Under the pieces are notes generated by a model, which had not been told where the DNA came from, made no database searches, and worked only from the letters and a program-made list of their open reading frames with translations. Below are positions 24,849-38,363 of a stretch of DNA of 64,000 bases, piece after piece. The translations under genes were made by a program, and so were the position numbers. The first letter of the stretch is position 1. Every line of letters begins with the position of its first letter. This DNA comes from Paramoeba atlantica (lineage: Eukaryota > Protista > Discosea): the NCBI GenBank assembly GCA_977017575.1, contig CDRNVI010000178.1, positions 129,755 through 193,754 of the forward strand, in the 5' to 3' direction.

Positions 24849-27650
24849 ATGGAACAAAGGATTGATGAATTTGGGGCTTTGTTGTGCTTAACAGATGACT
24901 TCAACACAGGTGTGGAAGCTGAGGTAATAAGAAACAGAAAGTGTGTTTATGAGTTTATTCTAAACTCAACTGAAGGGAATGCCTTCTCTATTGTCAATAA
25001 TAAGAAGAATGTTCAAGGCAATTCTAAAAAGGTGTGGACTGTTTTAAAAACAAAATAAGAACACAAAGGTGCTGCTGAGGCTCAGTTATGGATTGTTAAG
25101 TTTAATTCCTTGTGGTATGAACCAGGTATAAGTGCCACTGATTTTATTAACAAAATTGATTCAGTTCTGATCCAAGTCCAAAAACATGATGGTGTGATTG
25201 AAAATTCAACAATCATACACAAGATCCAGGCAACATTTCTCCAACATCAAAACTACAAAGCAACAATTTCAATATCCATGACTACTCCAAACCTGCCATA
25301 TAGTGAATTGAGAAAATCACTTTTGAATGTTGATTCAGTCTTGAAATCCTCCCTGGTGCTCAAACATTCATACCAACCTCAGATTGATCCATCCCAAGAG
25401 TCAAGAGAAGAGGAGATTGCTTGTTGCGCATCAAGAAGATTCCCATATAACTGCTTCCATTGTGGAAGGTTTAACCATTGAAAATCTGAATGCTGGTCTT
25501 GACATCTTCCTCAAAACCCTAGAGCAAAAGCTGCTGAGGAGATGTTTCTTGCTTTTCAAAACCAATCCACATGTTGAGCAACTGGTGATGAGCAATACCA
25601 ACTTTTACTTCAAATAAGTGAAATTTTGAATAAAATGACCAAACCCTATCCTCCTTTGATAGTTGATTCTGGCTCCTTTCCCTCAATTGTTCCTCCACAC
25701 CCAAATCTCTCAGATGTTTGCAAAATTCCTTTAAAGAATGCCATTCAAGCTAATGGTTCTTTGTTGCACATTGATGTGAAAGCAAAATGTGATGTATTTC
25801 CTTTTTGCCTAAATTTGGAAGTATTTGTATCTCCTAATGTGAACAAACCTTTGCTTTCTGTTTCTCAATGTTGCCAAGATTTGAAGCTTTCTGCAATTCT
25901 GAACTGGAAAGGGGTTTGATTTGTCCAAGAAGAAATTTCTTTTGTTGAAAACAAGATTGTAGGATGTGGTACCTTACAAAACAGAAGTTATATTTTTGAT
26001 CCAGCAAATGTCCTTGGAGAAAATGGTCAAAATCAAATTCCAGAAGAGAAACACCAAGCCCATTGGAGTGAAATCCAAGAATCGATTGAATCTAAGTTGA
26101 ATATGAAATCTTGAACCAAGAAACAGGCTCCCTTCATGTTTGATTGATCATTGGAAAATGAAGAGAATACCTGGCACAACCATTGTGGACATTTCTCTAA
26201 TACCTTGACAACTTTGAAATCTAATGCTGTAATTGAAGCCCCTGAACTTATTTTCCCAACCAAAAGAAAATCCTGTCTTGCATATATTGCTAGTAAATTG
26301 AAACAATGTCCTTACAACCAAAGAATTGAGAAAACTGAGTGGTTACCTGGTGAATCACTTTGTATTGATCATTAGATGATAGAGATTCCCTCTCTTGGAG
26401 GTGCAAGATATGAATTTAATGTTTATGATGAAGGCTCTGAGAAAATTCTTGGTCTCAGCTCAAAGGACTGAAAATCTGCAGAAAACCAACTTGCTCAAAT
26501 TGTTAAAACTGTGGAATGACAAACTGGGAACAGAATAAAAAGAATTGTTTGTGATAATGCAAGCAAATTTGTGGGCAAAAACTCTGACTTAGGAAAGCTA
26601 ATCAAAGAAACTGGAATTCAGCTCATTTTTTCTGATGACTACACTTCAAATGAGAATTTGAAAGCTGAGAATGCACATAAAATGAGAAGTAAGATTGCTC
26701 AAATGATTTGAATTTATACTCAACTCCCAAAATCCTTTTGGGCAGAAGCAAGTCAGATGATGAAAATTATTAAAGGTATAATCCTGACCAAAGAACAAAA
26801 CCAAACACCTGATAAAAAATTTTATGGAAGAAAATCTGATATTCAAATCCTCCATGCTATGGTTTTGCTTGGGTCCCCAAAGAGTTAAGAAAGAAACAAG
26901 ACATTTGAAGTTGCCCTGGAATTTACCTTGGACCTGGCTTGCCTACACAAGAACATTGACTGTGGGACCCATTAACAAAAACAGTTTTTCAAGCAAGTAC
27001 TATTCTATTTGATCAAGTCTAGTGATGAAGAACTGATTGATAACTTCTTTGATATGAACACAGTGTATGGTACAACTGAAATTTTTAATGTTAATCCAAT
27101 GCCAAAACATAAAATGATTATTAGTAGAAATAAATCAGATTCAAAGTATCCTTGTGTATCTATTACTTGGGGGGATAATGAAGTTGATGTATAGACTGTT
27201 TTGAATATGAGGTGTTATCTTACTTTTATGAACAAAGAGGTGTTTAACAAAATTGATGGTGAGAAATTTCCTTTCAAAAAGAGGGTGGTGGACTTCAATG
27301 AGCAAGATTCAAAGGAAGTGGTTCTCAATGCTGCAAAGTTTGTTCCAGCAAAAACTATGAATGGGAGTGCTAAGTTAATGGTTTGGTGCTGTTTTGTCCT
27401 GCTGGAAAATCGAATTTTGATGTCACTATGAGATGCTCAGAGGCTGGGGATCCATCTTGAAGGAATTTCTATTACTTTCTGCCATCAGAAAGAAGATTTT
27501 ATTGAAGCTGATTAATCATTATCTGAGAAGATTGAGGGTCCTACTGGTGAAGAAACTCATTCAGAAGAGATGATTCAAAAAATTCAGGATGTTGTTGCTC
27601 TAGAGCTTGAGGAAAACTAGAAGTTACCTGTGAATACCAAATGTTCTCTT
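24849..27650 (+). pseudogene. Ty1/Copia gag-protease-integrase remnant, truncated before RT
   Basis: Knuckle CFHCGRFNH*KSEC, protease IVDSGS, GAG-pre-integrase WHNHCGH, integrase IVCDNASKF and LPKSFWAEA. Many stops. Confidence 0.85.
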
Positions 27651-27669
27651 GTCAACTTGTTGTTTAAGA

Positions 27670-29600
27670 TTTTTCTTTTTTTTTTTTTAATTTTAGACAT
27701 CAGAGATGCCATTTATTGAAATGAAGTGTAATCTGGACACCCAAGAATACACTTAAATTAAATTATTATAATCAAGTAGGATCAACCCACTTCAGTGCCA
27801 ACTTAGTGGCCAAAAGCTCTAATGTTTCTTTTTATTTCTCATTCAAATCTCTTTCAAAATTCTTTTCTTCTCAACAGCCTTAATAGGCCTAATAATCTTC
27901 CTTACAATGGAAGGTCTCATTGCACTCTTCAACCAATGGTTCCTTGCTTGCTCATACTCCTCTCTCCATTTCTGGTTTTCTTTTTCAACAAAACTTTCTA
28001 ACATCTCTCCAGGTGCAGCTCTTTCTGGAAACCACTTGACAATATCATCTGAAATGAACACAGGAGAAATCATCACCCCATCCAGTGCAGCTTGTACTGG
28101 GAAGTAAACATTATTAGTTGTAATCACCTTGTCCTTAAACCTCCTCTTAAACTGAACTTTCTTCACAGGGAAGCTCCAATCCAAATCCAATGGTTCCATC
28201 ACCCACTTCCACAGCTTGGAATTCTCAATAATCCATTCCTCACTGGTTGTTGCTAGTTGTTTCGATCTTGGATCCCAGTTCCTATCAAACACAGCTTCCA
28301 TCCCATCCTCTTCCAAGTGACTTGCTGCTGTTGCAATCGCATCTGACCTCTTGTTGAATTCGCGATACACATGAGTGTACTTCACTTTAGCAAATTTACT
28401 CTCAGCAATATTTCTGATCTTAGATAGGATCTCATTGAGCTCAAAGTTATCAATCGGTTTCGTCTTAGGTGCTGCCTCAGTCAGAATTTTACAATCTCCC
28501 ACCATCTCTACATGTTGCCCAAAGCCAATAACTTGTTGTAGACCAGCTAAGCATCCTGAAAACTCACCCAAGTTATTTGAGCCTAGTGGGATTGTTTCAA
28601 ATCCACCTCCAACCTCCAAACCTTCTCTTTTACCTTTGGGGGGAGCCTTTCTTATAGTTTGTTTGGGGATCATCTTGTTTGTCTTAGCAATTTCATCAAA
28701 AATTTTAACAGCAAAGCTTGGGGACTTCGATCCTTCTGCACATACAGTGATTCACAAGCTCAATAGGGCTGCACTCACTGCAGATGCTTCAGCCTTCTTT
28801 AGATACTGGTTCGTAAATCCACACACAAAGTCAGCACTCTCCCACCCAGGAATCTTTAAAACAAAGCATCTCCTCCCAATAGTTTTCAAAATTGCCTTAG
28901 CTTTCAGACATTCTTCAAGAAGGTGCACCCTTGACTCTTTGGCTTTCCTACACAGCCAACAAAGTGGACTCACAGATATAAAATAGGCAATCTTATCCAC
29001 AGTTGGAAGACCCCTCAAAAAGAATTTCAAAAGGTTCCGCTTAATCTGGGGTCTTTGTGGAAGAGACAAATTATAGATCACACATTTCAAGCACCCATCC
29101 CCCACATAGAAATTCTCCACTCCCACAGAAATGTTCCGAGAGAGGAGAGAGAAGGATCTCTTGGTTTTGGAGCCCATCCTCACTTGTTCTGAGATAGCGC
29201 CACTAGCTTCCAAAGCATCAATCCTCATGGCCCCAATGGACAATGGATTCCTATAATGATCTTGGAGAGGTTTCCTCAATATCAGCAGAGCCCAGTTAAA
29301 CAGAATAGGGTGTCTAACTTGAGGTTTTTCAAAGAAGGGGGGACAAAGGGAGGTCATTACACAGGACTTTAGATTTGTATATGCACCTAAGGCTGAATGA
29401 ATGGCCTTCCACATCTTCGAGGAGACAGCTTTCGAGATAAGCTTAAATCTTGCCAAATAACCCACAAGGAATAAGGTAAGTATTGATCATCCAAACTCTC
29501 TCATTGAAGCTGCCTTTTCTTTGCTTAATTGCTGTTCCAACCTTCTGCATTTTCTTGATCACCCCTTCCCAGTTATATTATAAGCAGTCAAGGGAATTTT
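27670..29600 (-). mobile_element. 5'-truncated L1-like non-LTR retrotransposon (RT thumb, zf-RVT, partly deleted RNase H, C-terminal domain, 3' UTR, poly(A))
   Basis: Poly(T) at ~27670-27688. Translation: ERVWMINTYLIP, CWLCRKAKESRVHLLEEC, NNLGEF...GDCKIL...HVYREFNKRSD. Same family as 46052 and 55335. No TSD found. Confidence 0.9.
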
Positions 29601-30149
29601 TAAAAAAAGATCATGGGCAATCTGATCAAGCTCAATAACAATAGAATCAACAATTGTATCACATGAAAACTTGCTTGCAATATCACTCTCCAAAAAAGAA
29701 AGAGCACAAGGAAGATACTTTTCTTTTTGGTTTTTTTTTTAGTTTTTAGTTTTTAGTTTGTTTACACTTTGATGTGATGAGGGTTCAAGAGAGATGTAGC
29801 AATATAGAACAGAGTTTTCTCTTTTAAAAAAAAATTCATCTGCCTCAAGGAGTTTTCAAGAAGGAGTTTGGGTCTAAATAGAGTGAGCAGTTTGTTCAGA
29901 CCTTTGAGAAAAAATAAAAAACAAAAAATAAAAAGTAAAAAAAAAACAAAAAAAAAAAATAAAATGCTTGAATAAAATCATTTTGGCTGTATTTTTCTAC
30001 TAAAAAAAAAGAAAAAAAGTAATTTAAAAAGAATTCAATACAAAAATTGCTACTTTCTTTCCTTTCTTTCAAATTTTTGATTCTTTTTTTTAAAATGCTC
30101 ATTAAATTCAATCTCAAAAGAAAAAAACAAATTCAATCAGAAAGAAAAA

Positions 30150-31494
30150 AAAGAAAGAGATTAAAAATGAATGTTTTGCTCTGTCAATCAATTACTTATG
30201 ATTTTTTCTTTTCTTCTTCATGGACATTATTGCCAAAAAACCCTTTTCCTCTCTCAACATTATTGTTACTTCCTGTTTGTCTTTCAGAACCATCATATGA
30301 GAATAGTTTCTACTCTCCTCCTTCACTTTTATTATTTGATCATTTTCATTTTCAGACTATAAGAGAATTTGTAAAAACAAATAAGAGCTTAGTGTCTTGG
30401 AAAGTGGTTCATATGGACTCTCAAAACCAATAGATTATTCAAAACCAAGATGATCATATTATTCTAACAAGAAAACTGGAGAGAAAGCACTGTTGTTGAT
30501 GAGAACTTATTTTGAAACCAAATCAGTGGAGCCAGTTCCAGTTCTTTTTAAATTTTTTGAAGTTCCAAAACAAAATTCTCAAACAACAACAATTCTCTTT
30601 GATGATGTGAACAGGATTCCATTAGATCACCTCTCAGATTCAAGCTGGAAGGCTCATTTTCTTGGTGCCACTAAAGATTTTTATCAAAAATTGGCAAATC
30701 TAAGTTGTAATACCCAACAAAACCTTTTGAAAGATGAGAATTTATTGAAGAAATTGACCAGAAATGTTTATTTTAAATTGGAGAATGGCTTGAAGGATAT
30801 GTTTTGGTTGGAATTAGTTGAATCTCCTGAAGAGGTATATGAACTCTCAATTCTTCAATGTTTTATATTTATTCTATTATTATATTATCAAACAAAGAGA
30901 AATTATCAAGGATGGTGTTTGTTAATGATGGAAATTCATGTAAAGCAAGCAAATCCAATTCAGGAATATGTTCAAGCAAGTCAAACAAATGATATGATTA
31001 TTTCATTTGTGGAATCTTTTTTTAGAGGATATGTGATCTTTGAGTTATATTTCAAAAAATGAATTTCTTCAACAATCAAAGAGATATCTTCATCTTCCCC
31101 ACCTCCATCAATATTTGATAAACAGAGAGAATGCATTGAAGACATTTACAAAAAGTTTAATGTAACTGGACAGCAAATAACTCTTTCAACACAGATTTTC
31201 CGCTTGATTGAAGAATTTTGGCTCTTAATTGCTTGTGGGATAGTTTTTCATCATCACAAAAAAGACATTGGGCTTTCTTTTCTCTTTTATTTAGGATTTG
31301 GATGGGAAAATACACCTAGTTTTGGACTTACTGAGTTGGGTTACATTTGAAAACACAGTTTTGACTTTGTTGCTGGTATTCGAGCAGCAATATATTATTA
31401 TATGTCTTTGAAAAATGAAAATAGATTTTGAATTATGGGTGCTGGGTTTGTGAATTCAATATCTAAAAAAAAAAAAATAAAATTACCACCTTAA
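30150..31494 (+). pseudogene. TET-1: putative TET/JBP-like 2OG-Fe(II) dioxygenase pseudogene
   Basis: Reading through TGA at 31060, 31348 and 31429 gives ...IACGIVFHHHKKDIGLSFLFYLGFGWENTPSFGLTELGYI*KHSFDFVAGIRAAIYYYMSLKNENRF*IMGAGFVN, colinear with TET-2. The 5' end is uncertain. Confidence 0.55.
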
Positions 31495-31559
31495 CAACCA
31501 TCAAAAAGTTGCTTACAACACCTTTAAATACTAGATTGTTACCAAAAAAAATAGACCTA

Positions 31560-33230
31560 AACTTTATTTTTTCAATTTATATTTTTTCAAAAATTGGATG
31601 TAGTGTACAGGTCCTGATGATCATCAATATATGTGGGTTTGTATGTTTTTTGGTCCAAAAGGAGCTCCAACTCATTTCCAGAAAATTATAGATCAAGTGG
31701 TTGTTGCTTTAATTGAATTTGTTCAAATGTATGTTGACAATCTTTTGATTCATTTGAAAACTTTGAGTGAATATATTGATCACTTGAAGTTGGTTATTCC
31801 TACTCTGATGAAAGCTGGCCTCTAACTCAATTTGAAGAAATGCAAGTTTGGGTACAAAAGAATCCAATTTATGGGGTTTATTATTGATGCACAGAAAAAC
31901 TATCCAACATTAAAGCAAGAATTATTGGCAATCTTACTGGCTTTGAAGAGGTGGAATTATGTGTTATATGGACAAAAATTTGTTATGGAAACAGACCACC
32001 AAGCACTAACTTACTTAAACAAGAGTGAAAGTTATATGGTAAGAGATTGACTCTACTATTTTCTTGGGTATGATTTTATGATCAAATATAAAAAGGGAAT
32101 TGAACATATTCTTCCAGACATGCTTTCTTGGTTGATCACACTACCTGAAGATGGAAGTATGGTTGGAGAACTTTCAGACTTAAAGATTGATGATGCAATT
32201 CAAAAAAGTTTTTAGAATCAAGTCCAAGGGATGATTGTTGAACTAATGGAGAAATTTGAACTTCCAAATGATCAGAAAGAAGAAGTCATCAAGAAGATCC
32301 ACATAGAAAGTTATATTGGTCCAATAGGGTTATGCATTCTTACCTTTCAAAAGGGTTATTATTGGAGAGGTATGAAAAAATTGTGTGTGAAGATTGCTCA
32401 AGGTTGTCAAGAGTATCTGTTTTTTAATGTGGGAAGGAGTGGATTTCATCTAATTTCTGCAGTTCTGGCACTCTTACCTTTTAATTATATTGCTTTTGAT
32501 TTTATTGGCTTATTCTCAGAAACAGCTGAAGGTTATAAGTATGTGCTGATTATTGTGGATGTAGTGACTTAATTCATCATTTTGAGATCTCTGAAGATGA
32601 AATCATCAAAAGAGGTTGTTGGGGTGAGACCTGCTTCCAACACAGAAGTTGTGCCTTTCAGTGTCTTTTCAGTTCCTTGAGCCTCCCTGAGCCTTCCCTG
32701 AGCTTCCTTGATGCCTTTTATCATGAGTTTTAGTCTTTTTGGAGAGCCCTGAGCCTCACAAACAGCCACGCGCCATTTTATCGTGATTTTAGCTAAAATC
32801 ACAAGATTTTTAGCCAAATCTCTTGTTTTCTCTGTTGATCCTGCTCCCCTCCTCACAAGGTAGCTTGAGTTTTGTTGAATGTCTTTGCAAACTTTGGAGT
32901 TCTAAAGATGATCCAATATGATCAAGATTCATTTTTTATGAGCAGATTGATTTCTGATTTTCATGAAGCTGCTGAATTTCTTCCAAAAGCAATTTTGAAG
33001 TATTCTCCTTCAAAGAATGGTATAGCTGAAAGATTTGTGGATGAGGTAAAGATAATTATGAACAAATTGGGTAAGTAGCAGATGAGGGTTTCGATCCATT
33101 TTTCTTGAGAGTTTTCATTTTCACCTAGACACAAGCATTACATTTTTCGATCACCCATTCAATATCATTTAAGAAAACTTTTTGGATAGAATCACTCTCC
33201 ATGGCATATATCAGTTGATGAGGGTTAGCT
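31560..33230 (+). pseudogene. Degenerate Ty3/Gypsy pol with an internal RT-RNase H deletion, plus integrase
   Basis: FGPKGAPTHFQ, YVDN, KKCKF, NYPTLKQELLA, ETDHQAL, AFDFIG, QYDQDSFF, NGIAERFV. Related to 18-24.7 kb. Confidence 0.88.
32617..32857 (+). mobile_element. Internally deleted solo LTR of the chromovirus family
   Basis: Both LTR termini intact with ~385 bp missing. 4-bp TSD AGGT (32613-32616 / 32858-32861). Confidence 0.92.
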
Positions 33231-33258
33231 AAACCTAAGGAACAATGCAGATTTATAA

Positions 33259-34110
33259 TTGAAGAAAATCAAGAAGAGTGACATTACAGAATTTTTGTAT
33301 AGTGCTAACATATCAATATTTGATTGGTTAAAAAATAAATTGAACTTTTTTTCATTTTGTTCTCTGTTTTTGATTCTGGCAATGAAAGGGAATGAGAAAC
33401 TGCCAAAACAAACACCAAAAGAACCTCCAATCTCATTAGATGAAATTATAGAAATTGATTTCATTACTGAGAAAATTCAACAAACAAAAAAGAGGAAACA
33501 AAAAACTGTTAAGAAGTGAAGAAAATGCCAAAAAAGAGGAGTGGAAAAAACACAGCAGCTGTTGCTGATGGAGACCATTCCTGTTGATGAAGAGAGTTTT
33601 AATTTGAATGAAACAAAGTGATGGGTGAACTCTATGATTCTTCTTGAATTTGAAAAGCAACTTGATTTTGCCTTGAAAAAACAAATTTGATTTTTTCGAA
33701 TTTAGCTACCATTGCCAAAACAAATTTTCTGTAAGATTTTTTGGGAACCATTGAAAAAATTTGAAAAAGTGAAGTTTCAAGTTGATAAATCAAGACAATG
33801 TGCTCGAATCTATTCTCAAGACAATTTAAAAAAACTGGATTCTTGCTTTTTGAACTATTTTGAATGGCAAACCAAAAAGATTTTCTTGCAAAGTTCTTGC
33901 AGCAATATTTTTTTAAATGAGGAGGTAAATATTGTTCTTTATCATTGGATTGAATTTGATGTTATTCAAACTGATAAAAATTGAATAATCAAGTGTGAAT
34001 CTGAGTTGATTTTAAAATTTACAAAAAAAAAAAGTCAATTTGAATGCTGTGGAATCATTGAAGTTACAAATGCATCTGGCTTTTGTTGCACTTGAAAGAA
34101 ATTATTTGTT
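33259..34110 (+). pseudogene. ORF-Y: orphan decayed ORF, function unknown
   Basis: ORFs 33259-33519 and 33712-33984 share a frame and are joined by a few TGA/TAG stops. No motif recognised. Confidence 0.4.
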
Positions 34111-35208
34111 GAATTATTTTGAAACAAAATTAAATTTATTTTACAAAAAAATCTTGAAAAAAATGAAACTATTTTTTAGATTTATTTCCATTATTAGTAA
34201 AATGTTAAAAAAAAAAGAGGAAAAAATTTAATTAGTAAATGAAAAAATTAACTTTTTCAGTTTGTCAAGTTTTTGCTGCATTTGCCTTTGATGTAAAAGA
34301 ATTTGATTCATCTGAATTTTGAAAAAAATGGATTAATAAAAAATATTAATTGAAAAAAAGAAATATTCAAATCCAAAAAAAAAAAAATACTTGGGTTTGT
34401 GAGGATGTGTTATTACCACACATTGTTGATAGTTGGGGATTTTAAAGTGGTTGTAGGTTTGCTACTGCTGTTGATTGATATATTGGTTGTTGAGCCAATC
34501 CATAAATTTGTGAATTGCCATTTTATTGAAATTGGATTTGAGGTGAAGGATTAAAATTTTGTTGGAATTGTTGGGGTGATTTGTTGGGGTGAGACCTGCT
34601 TCCAACACGGAAGTTGTGCCTTTCAGTGCCTTTTCAGTTCCTTGAGCCTCCCTGAGCCTTCCCTGAGCTTCCTTGATGCCTTTTATCATGAGTTTTGGTC
34701 CTTTCGGAGAGCCCTGAGCCTCACAGACAGCCGCGCGCCATTTTATCGTGATTTTAGCCAAAATCACGAGATTTTTAGCGCTCTTTTTATTCAGTTTTCG
34801 CGTTCGCGTTTTTGCTTCTTTTTCTTGCCGCTTTGCCGCTTTCTGCTTTCTTTCTGCTTTCTTGTCGCTCTCTCTCTCTCTCTTTGCTTTCCTTTGTGAT
34901 CTTTTGGCTTGCCTTGCTTGCTTTCTGTTCTCTTCTTTTGTTGTCATCATCTTTTGTTGTTTTCTTCCTTCTTTGGTTGCTGTGTAGACTTGGGATTCCG
35001 ATTTGAGTTGAGTTTCGGTGATTCTGTGCTTTTCTCAGTTGTGATTCCTTTTGTTGTTCTTCTTCTTGCTTTTCTGTTTCTTTGTTGTTGTTTTCTTGTT
35101 CTGTTTGTGTTGGCTGGGGATCTTTCCCATAAAGGTTTTGATCCAGAGTTTCTGTTTCTCTTTCTTTTCTCTTGTTTTCTCTGTTGATCCTGCTCCCCTC
35201 CTCACACG

Positions 35209-35223
35209 TGGTGCTCCTGGTGA
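35209..35223 (+). promoter_or_regulatory. Primer-binding site, probably tRNA-Ile(UAU)
   Basis: tggtgctcctggtga, 2 bp after the LTR. It differs by one base from the complement of the eukaryotic tRNA-Ile(UAU) 3' end as recalled (TGGTGCTCCAGGTGA). Confidence 0.6.
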
Positions 35224-38200
35224 CTTCAGTGAGACTGATTGCGCTCCGATTTATCAAGGATTGTTTTTCTTGATCCTTCTCCTTCTAAAGCAGCTGTGCG
35301 TTTTTCGGGCCTTTCTCCCCATGTTTCTTTCGCGTTTTTGGACCTGGATTTTGTGGCGAAAATCGGTTTTTCGTTTCTCTTGATCTTTCTTTTGCTTTTT
35401 CTGCTCTCTTTTCTTTCGTTTTACGATTGAATTTGGTTGTTGGTGAATCCTGCCCATTTTCCCCGACCGATTTTGGATTATTAGCGAGAAAGTTCCAGTT
35501 TTTGTGATTTTTCCCTCCTTTTTTTTAAGGTGGTGACTTTCAAACCTCTTCTTTTGTGACTCCTTTTGTTTCATTTCATCCCTTTGTGACTCTTGAGGAT
35601 ATTTGAGACCCAAATAACCGGTTTGGAAACTTGTTTCTCTTTTCTTGGCTCTGTTTTGGTCAATTTTTGAGAAAAAGAACCCTGATTTGAAGCACTTGTG
35701 TTTTGGAATCGATTTTTGCACCGATTTTGCGCCCCATTCTCTTTCCTTGTTGATTCTCAAGGTTATTTAAAGCTTCAGACAAATTTTTGGAAATTTATCT
35801 TGATTTTTGACCTTGTTTTGTTGGAATTTCCGAAATTTTTCCTCTCTTTGGGCGAATTCTGTTCCAAGGCTGTTTTCTTGTTGGTTCTCCCTCTTTGTTT
35901 GTCTTTTATTGATTCTCAAGGTGATTCAAAGCTTTTGACGAATTTTTAGAATTCAATTCCCTCTTTCGACCTTGTTTCGGTGGAATCTCTGAAAAAAGAA
36001 AAATACTCTTAATTGAAACAATTGAGCTTCAAAGTTGTTTTCTTTTGATTTTGCTTTTCGACCTTGCTTTTTGACGATTACTAGAACAATTCAAAGTCCC
36101 CTGCGAATTTTCAGAATTTGATTCTCTCTCTAAACCTTGTTTTGAATTGGATTCCCCTTTTGACCTTGTTTTTGCAGAATTTGCAAAAAGACTTATTTGA
36201 ATCAATTGTGTTTCGGACATGTGTTCTCAACAGTCTTCTCTTCTATTTTGTTGTGGGCGATTCTTGAAGTGTTTGGAAGCTTTTGGTGACCTTTCAGAAA
36301 ATTTATTCCTCGTTTCGACCTTGTTCTGGCGGAATTTCTAAAAGATTTCTCTCTTTGAGTTCTTGTGTTTTGGAAGATTTCTCTCTTTGAGCCCTTTGTG
36401 TTTTGGAATTGTTTTTGGACAGTTTCTTTTCCCTTTCTTCTTTGTTGGCGACTCTTGAGGTGTTTGGGAGTTACCAAGTGGCTTTTCAGAAGGTTATCCC
36501 CTATTCTGATCTTGTTCCGGCGAAATTTTCAAAGAACCTCTGTTTTAGACAATTTGAGACAATTATATTTGGACTTGTTTTCTCCAGTGATTTCTTTCCC
36601 TTTATTTTGTCCCCTGGCAATCTCCAAGACATTTCGAACAATCCCTGTAATTTTTGGAAATTTATCCTCCTTTCTGGGCCTGTTCTCGTGGAAATTCGAA
36701 AACTTCCCCACAGTGATTGGATCTTGTTTTGAACTGTTCTTTTGAGTGGTTTTCTCTTCCCTTCTCTTGCTTTTCGACGATTCTAGTGGCAACCTAAGAC
36801 TCTTAATAATTTCTGAAGTTTTGTTCCCTTTTTGAAGTTGTTTGAGCAATATTTTGGAAACACCCCGTTTTGGCTGGTTCTGAGCGAGGTCATCCGGATC
36901 AGTTCTATTCTGTGGTTTTCTTTCCTCTTATTTTGTTCTTAGTTGATCTTTGAAACATCTTGAACAATCCCCATAATTTTTGGAAATTTACCCACTGTTT
37001 TGTGCCCTGTTTGCGGAATTTTTGAGAACCACACATTGACTGGATCGCCCTCTGAATTGCTCCGCTTAGTAGCTTTATTGTTTTTGTTTTGTTCTTTGAC
37101 GATTCTATTAGCATTAAAAGGTTTTCAACAAATTTGAGAAGTTTGTTCCCCTCTTTTGAGCCTGTTTGAGTGACACTCCAGAAATACCCTGTTTGGCCGA
37201 TTTTCAAGTTAATTAAATTTGAAGTCATTTCCTTTAGTGGTCTTTCAGTTCTCTGCTTATTCCTTTGGTGATTTGCAAAACATTGTTACTCCTTTTGACA
37301 ATTTCTTAAGAAATTACCCTCAATCTCAGTTCTGTTTTGGTGGTATTTCGGAAAGTTTTGTTTGTGTGACTGTGAGGATTCCTGATTTTTCTTTCGTGAC
37401 CCGCTGACTTTGAGTGTGTTCTCCCCTTCATCCTTGAGTTGAATTTGTGGACAACCTTCCTTGTAGAATTTTGTGGGACGGGAAAGACCTTTCTGAGATC
37501 ATATTCTTTCTGAATCATTTTTGAGCCAATCCTTGGATTCTCAAATATTTCATCTGATTTCCTGAGTTTGCAATCAAACCTTGCATTGTTTGAGTCAGTA
37601 TTGGCGACAAATCACTTCTAAATTTATTGAAGTTCTCTCTTGGATTGGACCTTCTTCAGAAACAATCCCTTTGTTGGTTATTCTGGACTCTCATTGTTCC
37701 GTGGGCTCCAAGTTTCGGATATTCTCTTGTATTTTCCACCAGAGTGACTCCCTGTTTTTGCATTTGGATTACTGAGTTCTTTTGTGGCCTTGTTTGCTCC
37801 TTACCCAAGCAAGACGACAAGACACCCCTCTCTTCTGAACTCTTTCCTGTTGTTTTAGAGTGGAAGTTTTGGAATTTCTCACTGTTTTTCGGCCCCGAAA
37901 CCTTACAGTTCCATCCTGCTTGGCAATTTTCGAGTTTCTGGCATCTTGTTCCCTTTTTTCTTTTGAATTGAGTGACAACATAAGACATTTTTGAATTATT
38001 GCTGTTGGATAATCATTTGTTTGCTGGGATTTTCTGGGATTATTTTTTTTCTTGATTCCTTTGATTCCTTCTGTGCTGTTTCCAGTCGCCGAACTTTCCT
38101 GTATTTCTCTGATTTGTTCATTATTGGAACTGTTTGTGACAAAGTCCTTTTGAACTCCTTCTGTTTTTTGGATTTTGCGGATTTTTGAGCATCCCAGAAG

Positions 38201-38363
38201 TCTAGTTCTCTTCAACCAGTATTCATTCCGGCGAAATCCCTTGAATCTTTGTGGTCCAATTCCTTTGCCTGGATTGAGGAATCAAATTTTCTGGAAATCT
38301 TCCTTGAAATTACCGGCTTATTGTGTGGAGAATCCTTTGTTTCGATTTCTTTCTTGAGTTACC

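Noticed and set aside
28600-28650. The L1 105-bp gap as a spliced GT-AG intron
   Set aside because: Removing GT...AG would leave one G fewer than observed; microhomology deletion fits exactly.
29600-30150. Terminal inverted repeats for the composite element (compared with 61810-62150)
   Set aside because: I found no convincing inverted match or TSD by eye, so the ends remain undefined.
35254-38215. A single long antisense ORF in the chromovirus leader
   Set aside because: Both minus frames I checked have too many stops relative to pol, and the repeat motif changes frame. It is kept only as one hypothesis.
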